A DNA stretch of 57,807 bases, filler included, from Trypethelium eluteriae (Eukaryota), in assembly GCA_051942245.1 (NCBI GenBank). It is 4 parts of 4 records of this genome, joined end to end, with 100 filler letters (N's around TTAATTAATTAA, not from the genome) between each part and the next. Parts side by side here need not be neighbours in the genome. Positions count along the whole stretch, not along the records: positions 43,468 to 57,807 come from JAVECL010000693.1; 3 more parts are not named here. The stretch is one strand, 5' to 3'. Under the pieces are notes generated by a model. It was not told where the DNA came from, ran no database searches, and was given only the letters and a program-made list of their open reading frames with translations. Position numbers and translations under genes: made by a program. Shown here in pieces: positions 47,729 to 57,807 of the stretch (the stretch's first letter is position 1; each line of letters opens with the position of its first letter).

Positions 47729-48859
47729 TTATCGCTTGCTAGCCTCGAGATGATTCTTCCACTCTATCCACCTGCCCTCTGCTAATCTCAACATATGCCT
47801 CATCTCTTCAATGTTCACAAAAGTTCCTCCGTTCTTTTCTATCTTTAGTATTTTTGTTTTGCCGGTGCTGTAATCCAGTACCACCGTGATCTGTTCCTGA
47901 CAAAGCTCCTCTTCAAAAGCGTCCATATCCGCTAAAAGCCATGCCTCTGCGCCATGCTCCTGTTTATGATGCGTTGCTCCCGAATCCCCTAAGCCCCTCA
48001 TGAGCCTCTTGTTTGGGGCGGCTTTCGCGCTTCTTCCTTTCTCTGCCACAAAAATACCTAGTGTTGCACTCACTGGTAAGCCCCGTATGCTCAATTGTTT
48101 TGACTCCTCCAGTTGATCGGAACACAGCACCATTTCCCTATCAGCATCCCACCATGCACCAGGTAGTTTCGTATCCCTCAGCGCAGCAATCGTAGCACCC
48201 CATGCTGCTTCGAAGGCTCCACCATCAAGCGCAATAAACAATACATCAATGTAGAGTGTCCAGTATGCCTTGATTCTAGGAGCTCTATCCTGCCCTTCGT
48301 CCTCTTCCTCTTCCCTTCCAGGGTCGATGTCTGAATTCGCAGGTCTCGACCATATCCTCAAATCTGAAGATTGTATGAGCCGAGATGTATACAGTAGCGA
48401 CCGTAATCGATGAGTGAGCGATTGGGTAGCCGCGGATGGTGCGTTTCCTGGGATATGCTGCGGTGCGCAACCTGTTGAAAGCTCAATGTTTGGAACGAGT
48501 AATCCCAATTCCTGGATGGTTATATAGTTGAGCTCCTTTTCTTCATCTGTCTCGTCGGGGCTCTTCGCAAGATCGTTATATGTTTTGGGAATGTCCTCTG
48601 CCTTGAGAATCTCGCCGCGAACGCCACATACAACTGCCGTGTTGCCTAGACGCACAACTGCACTGCCATTCGCGTGACTCAGAGAGCTTGTGTTGATGTT
48701 GGGGACGCGGAATTCGGTAGGAGAACGTCGATTTGGTCGAGTCGATGAGCTTTGAGAAGAGGTAGGGTTGAGATGAGCGTGAAGGAATGCTGAAGGAGAT
48801 AGGGCGGCAAATGTCTGAGGCGGGAAGGAGAGAATGGATGTCGACGTGGAATTGGCCAT
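47729..48859 (-). CDS. RRP43: Exosome RNase PH-like core subunit Rrp43
   Basis: GSAVVRLGNTAVVCGVRGE, LLVPNIEL, YWTLYIDVLFIALDG and DMDAFEEELC. Confidence 0.88.
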   Translation of the reverse strand: MANSTSTSILSFPPQTFAALSPSAFLHAHLNPTSSQSSSTRPNRRSPTEFRVPNINTSSLSHANGSAVVRLGNTAVVCGVRGEILKAEDIPKTYNDLAKSPDETDEEKELNYITIQELGLLVPNIELSTGCAPQHIPGNAPSAATQSLTHRLRSLLYTSRLIQSSDLRIWSRPANSDIDPGREEEEDEGQDRAPRIKAYWTLYIDVLFIALDGGAFEAAWGATIAALRDTKLPGAWWDADREMVLCSDQLEESKQLSIRGLPVSATLGIFVAEKGRSAKAAPNKRLMRGLGDSGATHHKQEHGAEAWLLADMDAFEEELCQEQITVVLDYSTGKTKILKIEKNGGTFVNIEEMRHMLRLAEGRWIEWKNHLEASKR

Positions 48860-49343
48860 TGAAACAAAATATGCACATGCACTAAATACAACAGTCGGAG
48901 GGAGCGTCTCTAGACGGTCATTGCAGCATCGATGGAGGGACAGAGCTAACGATCACTTCGACGCGATTTTCGAGACGCGTGCTTATCGATAGACAAGGGT
49001 ATAGCTTCCGTCTGAGGATGATGTCATACGTGAAACTGTTTAGAACTGCCACTTAAGCATAGTCTTCATTAAGTGCCCCGTCTCAGATCCGTGAACAATC
49101 GTTGAGACTATTTGTCATGGCAACCAAAGTTCTAGAGGCCCGTTTGCGCAAGATGGGTGCTATCCCACCCCGCAATTCTACACGAGGAGATCAGCGCCAG
49201 TCGCAACCCCACCTTACGGCAATGATGAAAGATGCCGTCTGAAGGAGATGCTAGGTTTATAAAGACGCATGTGCCTCTGTGAAGTCTACACTTTGGTGAG
49301 TTTCAAAGGAAGGATATCAAAATTATTCAATTCGTTGTCTACA

Positions 49344-50666
49344 ATGTCTTCGATGAAGGCGCTTCACTACGAAGGACCATTTAAAGTGGCAATCAAAGAA
49401 GTTGAAAAGCCCAAGCTTGAACATGCTGACGACGTGCTCGTGCGTGTGACCACAGCAGGTAAGAGAATCTCTGGATTGGACGATTAAATTTCGAGATGTT
49501 GGGTTAGGCTGACCTCGAATACACTACCAGCAATATGTGGATCAGATCTGGTCAGTCAACGTGCCATTTGCAATACTCCAATGCTAACCCGTAGCAGCAC
49601 ATGTATCAAGGACGAACGGCGGCGGAAGCGGGTCTCATTTTTGGCCACGAGAACATGGGCATCGTCGAAGAGGTGGGCTCAGGGGTTACTCTCCTCCAAA
49701 AAGGTGATCGCGTCGTGATGCCCTTTAACGTCGCCGATGGGCGATGCCGAAATTGTGAGGAAGGGAGAACAGCTTTTTGTACTGGTGTAAATCCCGGTTT
49801 CGCTGGAGGCGCTTATGGCTACGTGGCCATGGGACCATACAAGGGTGGACAAGCTCAATACCTACGGGTTCCGTTTGCAGACTTCAACGCATTGAAGCTG
49901 CCCCCAGGAACAGAGCATGAAGCAGATTTTGCTCTTCTTGCGGACATCTTTCCCACTGGCTGGCATGGGCTGACACTTGCCGGGTTCAGTCCCGGTGACA
50001 GCGTTGCGGTCTTCGGAGCGGGACCAGTGGGCTTGATGGCGGCCTATTCGGGAATTCTCCGAGGAGCAAGTAAGGTCTTTGTGGTAGATCGCGTACCTGA
50101 GAGGCTAGATGCAGCCAAGAAAATCGGGTGCATTCCCATCGATTTCACGAAAGCGGACCCTGTAGAACAGATCATCAAGGCGAACGACGGTATGGTAGAT
50201 CGCGCCGTTGACGCTGTAGGATATCAAGCTGTGGACTCCTCGGGAAGCAAGGAAAAGCCAAATATTGTTCTGGAGCAACTCATACGCGTAACAAGACCCA
50301 CTGGCGGGTTGGGTATTCCGGGGTTGTATGTTCCCAGTGATCCTGGAGCTCCGGATAAGCAATCTGCCGAGGGGCATATCTTGATACCTTTTGGCAAGCT
50401 TTTTGAAAAGGTAAGAGCAAATATTAATAAGCGTTGTGTTGTCTTTCACTGACGCCTAACAGGGTCTCCATTTAGGGACTGGACAATGTAATGTCAAGGC
50501 CTATAATAGGCACTTGCGTGATCTCATTGTTGCGGGAAGGGCAAAGCCAAGCTTCGTCGTATCCCATGAGATCACGATTGACGACGCCCCGACGGCATAT
50601 GAGAAGTTTGACAAGCGTATTGACGGCTACACGAAGGTCTTGATCCACCCCAACGGTCCTTTATAA
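49344..50666 (+). CDS. Zn-dependent medium-chain dehydrogenase, glutathione-independent formaldehyde dehydrogenase-like; 4 exons
   Basis: AICGSDLH across a 20-nt micro-exon (49531-49550), GHE, DGRCRNC..C, LADIFPTGWHG, GAGPVG and AYEKFD. Stop TAA at 50664-50666. Confidence 0.9.
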
Positions 50667-50867
50667 GCCCATTGGACAATCAGCTTGTGTAATGTCAGCG
50701 GGTTTTGATGTTTTATGTGTGTGGCTCTTACGTTTTCCTACCAATGTCGCTTCAATGTAGGGTGTTCCTTCACTTATGCTATATTAGGGTAGACAGCAAA
50801 GCTCTGATGATCCTTGTGCAAAAATCATCGAGTGTCGACTTCCGAGTTGACCAATGCCACTATTAAA

Positions 50868-51174
50868 TCATATTTCCTCATCTTTCTCCACAATCCTACC
50901 CCTAACTAGCCTAACCTCTTCTATTGGACGATCTTCGGCTCCTGTTTTGACCAGCCCCATTCTTTGCACAATTCTAAGCCCACTCTTGACTCTGCCAAAT
51001 ATGGTGTGTTTCCCATCTAACCAAGGGGCGGGGGCGAGCGTGATGAAGAATTGACTGCCATTAGTATTCGGTCCACTGTTGGCCATACTCAGGACTCCGG
51101 CGCCTGTATGTTTGAGGGAAGAGTGGATCTCGTCTTCGAATTTGTCGCCGTATATTGAACTGCCACCACGCCCT

Positions 51175-51206
<32 letters not shown>

Positions 51207-51474
51207 ATCGGGGATAATGCGATGGAAGATGGTGCCATTGTAGAAGCCTCGCTGCGCTAGGGTTGCAAAATTCTTGCAGGTCTAAGATCTTCGTCAGTAT
51301 ATGGTAGCCAGGATGTATTTGATGCTGTGCCCAAAAGAAGCCTTACCTTGGGTGCATGATCATTGTAGAGCTCGACGATTACCGTGCCCTTCAAAAAGTC
51401 AATTCCCCGTGCACTCAGAATGCGCGAATGCTCCCACTGACCATGCTTGTCTCAAAAGCAACGTCTGTGGCCAT
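50868..51474 (-). CDS. PPIL1: Spliceosomal cyclophilin, PPIL1-like peptidyl-prolyl isomerase; 3 exons
   Basis: [82 protein letters not shown]. Confidence 0.93.
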
Positions 51475-51728
51475 GTTGGCTGGCTTCGGTCTGCTCACCT
51501 CTGTCGATACGGCGCGTAAATAGAGTAAAGCGTGACGATCCGGAGGTGCAAAATTTCTGGCCCGACGTGTGGACCAATGATTTACGTGCCAGAACACTTG
51601 CATCACATCACGTCCTTCCGAAGTGTACGAGAATGATAGTCAAATCAAGAGTACTCTCATAAGTTCAGCCTCCAAAACGGTTCAATTTGTAACTCTAGTT
51701 TCGCGCAAGTCTCCCACGTCTGGCAAAG

Positions 51729-53342
51729 ATGGCTACGCCTACCTTGGCGGAATGGGCTCTCCCACAGCTCTCACGTCTCCTCCCTTTAGATGAAGATTCT
51801 TTGAGGCAGATTATCATATACTCGGACACGTTACCGAAGAATACTGCTGCCGATCACCTGAAAAATTTGCTTGGCGATTCTCCCCAGGCTATAGAATTCA
51901 TCACATCTTTCAATTCTCGTCGGCAAAAGCCTCCTTCAGAAAGTAATCCCTCTTCCTCAATCAGCAATGAGAATGGGCTCTCTTCCGGTGTGCCAAAGCC
52001 TAAAGCAAGGCAGTCGAATAAAGCCAAAGGGACCGGTTTTAGAAATCTACCACCACCCCGGCAACCTGAGTATCATGGTAATACTACCGGAGGTTATGTG
52101 AAGAAGGCCGAGGAAGATTATATGACTGCCAAGCCGAAATCAAATAGGGAGCTGGCAATAACAAGTACGCTAGCTCTTCAAGACACGCCAGATGCGAGGC
52201 AACTACCGAAAGCAAAGTCAAACGCCTCTTCAGCTAATGCATCTCCAAAACTCCCTCCGTCAGCAGCAGGTCCGCTCATCTCAGATTCAAGGTCATCATC
52301 TCGTAACTCTTCTCCCGCTCCCAAGTCAAAGACCAAAGTGAATCTTTCGGGAGGAACGCCGATGCAGGGACAATCTTCCTCGATCAATGATCTTGATTCT
52401 GCCATTCGCTCCCTGGAGATTCAGACTAATCCAGCACTTGCTTCGTCTCCAGAAGACAATACCAAACGGCGCTGCAACTGTATGGCCACTCGCCATCCAC
52501 TTCTCGATGCAGCTCCGAATTGCCTCAACTGTGGCAAGATCATCTGTGTGAAAGAGGGGCTGGGTCCCTGCACGTTCTGCAACACACCTCTCCTTTCTGC
52601 GAGCGACATTCAGTCCATGGTTCGAGCACTCAAGGATGAACGCGGCAAGGAGAAGCAAGAGGCTCACAATGCTGCTCATCGACGCCCCGAGATCGCTTCT
52701 GTTCCACGACCATTCTCATCAGTGCAGAAAGACCAACAGTCCGAACAGAGTGAGAAACTTTCTGCTGCAAAGGAACACCGAGACAAGTTACTAGGATTTC
52801 AAGCGCAGAACGCAAGACGTACGAAGATTCATGACGAGGCTGCAGACTTTGATACACCTACAGCGGGCCAAAGTATGTGGGCAAGTCCGCAGGAAAGGGC
52901 AATGCAGCTCAAAAAGCAGCAGAAAGCTTTGCGAGAGCAAGAATGGACGAACCGACCGGAATGGGAGAAGAAGAAAATGGTTGCAAGCATTGATTTAGTT
53001 GGCGGTAAAGTCTTTAGACGCATGGCGGCCGTAGAGAAGCCAGAGGATCGTCCCAGTGACGAGGAAAATGATCGAGAAGATTTTGCAACAGGGGATGCTA
53101 CGAGCTCTGGGGGAGGCGCATTCAGTAGGAACCCACTACTTGCAAGTGGTCATTTGATACGACCGATCTGGAAAGGTGGTGAGGTTGATAAAGGCAAAGC
53201 ACCCCTTAATGAGAGAAAAAGCACGTGGAGAAGAGTGCAGGACGATACGGATGACAATGAGCAATGGATTCTCGATGGTGGAACTTATGGTCCTCATATT
53301 GATGGCCGAGTGCTCTGCGCCGAAGAGCACGCGCAAGGTTGA
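51729..53342 (+). CDS. RQT4: C2HC5 zinc-finger protein, Rqt4/TRIP4 (ASC-1) ribosome quality-control factor
   Basis: CNCMATRHPLLDAAPNCLNCGKIICVKEGLGPCTFC, HRDKLL.FQ and RTKIHDEAADF. Single exon. Confidence 0.9.
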   Translation: MATPTLAEWALPQLSRLLPLDEDSLRQIIIYSDTLPKNTAADHLKNLLGDSPQAIEFITSFNSRRQKPPSESNPSSSISNENGLSSGVPKPKARQSNKAKGTGFRNLPPPRQPEYHGNTTGGYVKKAEEDYMTAKPKSNRELAITSTLALQDTPDARQLPKAKSNASSANASPKLPPSAAGPLISDSRSSSRNSSPAPKSKTKVNLSGGTPMQGQSSSINDLDSAIRSLEIQTNPALASSPEDNTKRRCNCMATRHPLLDAAPNCLNCGKIICVKEGLGPCTFCNTPLLSASDIQSMVRALKDERGKEKQEAHNAAHRRPEIASVPRPFSSVQKDQQSEQSEKLSAAKEHRDKLLGFQAQNARRTKIHDEAADFDTPTAGQSMWASPQERAMQLKKQQKALREQEWTNRPEWEKKKMVASIDLVGGKVFRRMAAVEKPEDRPSDEENDREDFATGDATSSGGGAFSRNPLLASGHLIRPIWKGGEVDKGKAPLNERKSTWRRVQDDTDDNEQWILDGGTYGPHIDGRVLCAEEHAQG

Positions 53343-53825
53343 GACCTTTTAGTGGATCGAGCAGTAAGACCAGGCCCTTTTGGCAAGCGCGGCCGTGAAG
53401 TTTAGCGAAAGTATCTCGACTATCGATAAACGCGGCAGGAAATGAAGGAATTTTTGCTCCACATGGACGAAAGGCCAACACTCCAGTGACCTTGCCTCAG
53501 TACAAGGCTTACGCAATCTGCGAAACATCTGTCGTATGAGATGCCTCGTTATTCGCTTGTAGCAAGCATTTGCTGTGGCTGCCAAGTTGTTGGTAGATAT
53601 AGGGGATAGTCGCATATGAAGCGTCGAGGTTCTTGTTGGACATTGCTGACCAAAACTTCCATTTTGGTGGCCCAACGGGACCCGTTCCAAGATGCTACTA
53701 TCTTTTAAAAATACCCCATGAATGAGTCCACTAATATACTACCCTTCCTTACAGCGGTTTAACCATGCTATTCCTTTGCTTGATATTAGCTCTTGTCAAT
53801 ACTCTTGCTCTGCTGTCAAGCTATC

Positions 53826-54551
53826 ATGGCAGTCAAAATAAAGACACCCCAAATGGCTCCTAGAAAAGAAGGCAAGCAGCAGTCATTTGAGATCTTATCA
53901 CAGGAATATTCTCCAAAGGTACGTCTGAGCTATTCCAGAGATCTAGCGGTGTCGTGAATTTCATTCTACTATTAGGATTCTCATCATTCGCAGTACCTCG
54001 TTCCCCATGACTCATTCTCTCCCCAGTTCCGATCAGAAAGTCCCGACAGTTCTGAATCCTGGGGCAACTTCGAGCCCGTGGAAACGCTCAGCCCTCTTGA
54101 CAAACCTTTGAAGTCTGAAAGCTCCTGCACCAGCCCATGTCTGAGTCTCACACCATGCTCTTCGTCGAAACAAAGGGAACGACTTGATCAAGATACAGTA
54201 TCACCGGTTCCTGTTCACGTTCTCGATGCAAGACGCGATGCCAATGCTCAGCAGCATGTTTATGGACAGACGTATGCTGAAAGGCATCCCCATGCTGCTC
54301 TTCCGAGTCGAGAACTTCATTTGGAGAGGAGCCGATGGAGTCGTGCAAAAGCCGTTCCAGCGTCAATGGTGACAGGCGTAGAAGATCTAGAGAGCATACG
54401 GACGGGGTGCAGAAGAGCGAAAAGGTTATTCACTTTGACTGGAATAGTGCTTGGAGTATCGCTGATGATGCTGTTCGCGCTAGCGTTGGTACTTCGTTTC
54501 GTACTTGGATGGACGCTAGAAGGCGATTGTTTGGGATGCAAGTACTCGTGA
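53826..54551 (+). CDS. Hypothetical protein with a C-terminal transmembrane helix; 2 exons
   Basis: ATG at 53826, phase-0 intron GTACGT..CAG ending at 53993, frame continuous with ORF 54078-54551. Hydrophobic LFTLTGIVLGVSLMMLFALALVLRFVLGW. Confidence 0.55.
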
Positions 54552-56864
54552 TCAGGAGCCTTTTCTATGAGGCACTCCATACCGCGCGTCTTACAAACTG
54601 AAGCGTACCAGTGGACACTTCTTTCAAAACTGACCTTACATTGAACTTCATTCCCCCAACCGAGGCATCTCGACATGGAACGTGGCTAAAATATTCCACC
54701 TCTATACACTCACGAGATCCTCAGAGGATAGATTCAGGATGACGGATAAGAGCTCCACCGAGAAAGCAAAGATCTACGGAAGAGTGGTGAGAATGCCAGC
54801 TTGGTATCAAGGTGGCGCCCAATCGATTTCTTGGCCTCGACGAAGGCTAGCTTCCGTCATTTGCGATGATAAGACCATGGATTCCTACGACTTCACGGAT
54901 TCATACCATAAACGCGGGGAATGCACATTGTTCTTGGGGTGACCGTACAGTGGCGTCGTTATGAGAAGCAGTTTGGACATCTGAGCGGTACCAAGGACCT
55001 GTCAACACCGTGCCCTAGAAAGATTCTTCTGGAACTCGAAGCCAATTACTTTGATCAAATCATCCATCACGGCCAAAGGAACCCCTGTGACTACGGAATA
55101 TTTGGGTAAAGAGCTGTAGGAGGATTTTCACCTCCACTACTTAGTATTGGGCCAAAATGCTGTACAATAATACCATTCCTTCCTTCTATCACTTAGCAGG
55201 TTACGAATAAGATTTTTCCCATCCATGGGGCGTCCCACATGTCTCTTTCCCTCTCTTTGTCACAATGACTGCACTCCTATCTTCTATCCTTCTCCAACGA
55301 TCTCTCTGGCATCTCCACGCCCTACCGGTGCCGGAATCTCTGGCCCTAGCTCTGCGAGATTCAAAGTCGATACACTTCCACGGCTGCCGCTTGTTAGGAA
55401 TGCCCCTCCTCCGCTCGACTTTCTAGTCTCCTCGCTCTCTGAAGGCAACTCACTGAGTCCATCCTTCGCATACCAGGGCTCGCCACTGATTGATTACCCA
55501 TTGCCGTGGCCATAAATACTACAAGACCATGGCGGTGCTACAGCGCAAGTCGATATTTCGCCCGTAGTAGAGGCGCTCTTTTTGCCTTCAAGGATGCCCT
55601 TTTACGTCCGCTTGAAAGGTTATGGAACTAGGCGACACCGCAACCAAGGATGACACTGAGGAAGAAGCTACCTGCAACCTCACTAGCAGAGTAGCCGTGA
55701 GAGGGTTTGCCAGATGGTTTCGCGGATGGCTTACTGGACGATTTGGAGTCGGCAGTGGCAGTGGCTGCACGAATAATGACAGGAATAGGCAAATTCGAGG
55801 AGCGGATTAGGATGAAATGGAAGTCTAGCAAGGCTGGAGGGCACTAAAGGGAAGCTGTCTCCCAGAGGAAAGCTGTCTCTGGGAGAGGCGTAGACGGTAA
55901 TCAGGGACTGGAAGATCTTAGATCCGTTTGTCGAAGAAATCGAAGAAATCGGATAGAATGGATGCAGGTGCATATTACTTGCGATTAAAAGAACTGCTCC
56001 ACAGAGAGGTGGGCTGGACGGTAGCATGGCTTCAAAGGATCACTGTCAAGAGCAGGAAACACAGGGAGATAGAAATGAAAGTAATTGACATTGAGCATGG
56101 TCTTAACCACCGCCTGAGCGACTATAATGTTTCATGGCAGTGAATACAGCCTGAACTAGATGACGCCCATATGATTTCACTGTGGTTAATGGCTGATTTA
56201 CCAGTACTGCTCGTCACATTTTCCCATGTAGACTAATCTCTTTTCCCGTTTTAAAGTGGTGCGGCTTTGCCTTAGGTGGCACCTTCTATTTGCCATAACA
56301 CTCCATATAAGAATGCACGAAATCTATTGGTAAAAATGTACAAGCAGCTAGACATTGACGTCACAGAGTGGGAAATATTCTAAGGCACTCCTGTGCCGCA
56401 ACGAGCAGGAGACGACACTTGTTGTGCAGAAAACTCTCGATATCAATGCCGTAGAAGCAAGAGGGCCGAAGATATTGATACATGTATGTTTGACTCTTTC
56501 GCTGATGCGTAGACCGTTCCTCATGCACGTTGCGGCGGTTAGGAAGTCGTGGAAGCTTTCGCGAATGAGGCCATTTCGTACTTAATTAGAGCTGACAGGG
56601 GTGTAACAATGGCAGACCCTCAACTTTATTTCTTTCCGAATCCCCGACCCTCACTCAAAGGCTAGCTCAGGAACCAAACACCCGAACGTCCTCACACCCG
56701 CACATGACGACAATGTGAATTCCCATGGCTGGGAGTTCACAGCCCACGCTGTTCTTCATCAGCGTCCCTCCTATCGACTGCGACCCTCTGACAGGACCGC
56801 ATATCGCCACGGCATGTACATCTTCGCCATAGCCTAAAGCTACGGAATATCTTCACCGCAAAGA

Positions 56865-57807
56865 ATGTCTCAAGAAACCAAACCCACACAGTCGGGTCCG
56901 CCGGCCGGGTCGAAGCCTATTCAAATCCAACAGAGCAGCCTTGCTGGGCTGGTGAGTCCGACTTGAGCGATTCTGTTAGGAATCAGGAAGCTGACTGGGC
57001 AGCGCATAGTCCTCCGATGTAGTCTCTAGTTGTCTGTACAATATCATTCACGATGTCGTCCTCGATGTACATCGATCAGAAAAGCTCTTGCGCATGCAGA
57101 GCGCTGCTACTCTCGCTGAACGCACCGCCGTCTCTCAGGCCGCCGATGCTATCACTACAACTCCTAACAATAAGAATAATAGTACCTCACAAGCCTTATC
57201 AGTCAAACTCGATACTCCGGGAGCAATATACGACAACGGCAAGATAACCCTGAAGGGCAATCCTCTCAAGACTACAACCGAGATCCTCTGTCCCGCTTGT
57301 CACCTCCCACGCCTCCTCTACCCTACCACCGGTCCAAACTCCCGACCCCCTGATCCTACCAAACAATACTGCACCCGACACCCCTTCATCCAAAAACCCG
57401 GCCATGACATTCACGGCCAGCCCTTCGCAGGCGACGCCGACACCAAACCGCCCTCAAAAAAGAAAGACAAAGACCTCCTCAAATCCGCCCTCTCCCAACA
57501 ACAATCGCGCAGCGAAAAAGACAGCACCCCAAGCAACAGCCAAGACTCCACCACCGGCGCCCATGCCGATGGCTCCCCCCAAGACGCCGCCAACAGCACC
57601 GACACCCACGGCAGCAACAGCAACAAGCCATCCGGCCCTGGCTCCCGCAGCGCCCTCGCCCCGAAGCCCGCCAACTACGTCCCCTGGCAGACGTGCCCAA
57701 CCTGCAAGCGCAGCCTGCTCATCGTCCGCTTCGCGCAGCACATGGAGAAGTGTCTGGGCATTGGCGGGCGGCAGAGCAGTCGGGCTGCGATGGCGAAGAT
57801 GAGTGGG
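56865..57807 (+). CDS. SGF11: SAGA deubiquitination module subunit Sgf11-like (runs off the window end)
   Basis: Frame absent from the ORF track: LYNIIHDVVLDVHRSEKLLRMQSA..CPACHLPRLLYP..YC..HP..CPTCKRSLLIVRFAQHMEKCLGIGGRQSSRAAM. First exon from ATG 56865. Confidence 0.8.

Noticed and set aside
54600..56600. Short ORFs and a small imperfect repeat (GGRAAGCTGTCTC x2, about 55849-55880)
   Set aside because: No recognisable product, and the repeat is too short to interpret.
1..57807. tRNA, rRNA and telomere repeats
   Set aside because: No convincing cloverleaf, rRNA sequence or TTAGGG array seen by eye. tRNAscan-SE or Infernal would be needed to exclude them.

Overview
Gene-dense genomic DNA from a filamentous ascomycete (Pezizomycotina), with short introns carrying CTRAY branch points. 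Four contigs are joined by three artificial 100-nt N/TTAATTAATTAA spacers, so adjacency across spacers is unproven. Conserved genes, left to right: RNase P p30 (partial), a Soa1/AstA-like MFS transporter next to a Mup1-like methionine permease, CK2 alpha, lanosterol synthase, a Rad9/Crb2-like checkpoint protein, cystathionine gamma-lyase, a BTB protein, Rps15, a CYP504-like P450, a single-pass receptor-like protein, an S53 sedolisin, a ferric reductase, Rrp43, a Zn formaldehyde dehydrogenase-like enzyme, PPIL1 cyclophilin, Rqt4 and Sgf11 (partial). The ORF track misses two things. (1) A decayed, internally deleted valyl-tRNA synthetase pseudogene at 9232-11300 with several probable CpA->TpA stops. 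(2) An accessory block at 15.7-20.1 kb with a 4-exon secreted NucA/NucB-like nuclease, a 10-Cys secreted protein and a small acidic cytoplasmic protein, a candidate fungal toxin/immunity cassette. All family calls come from manual translation and remembered motifs; no database searches were run.
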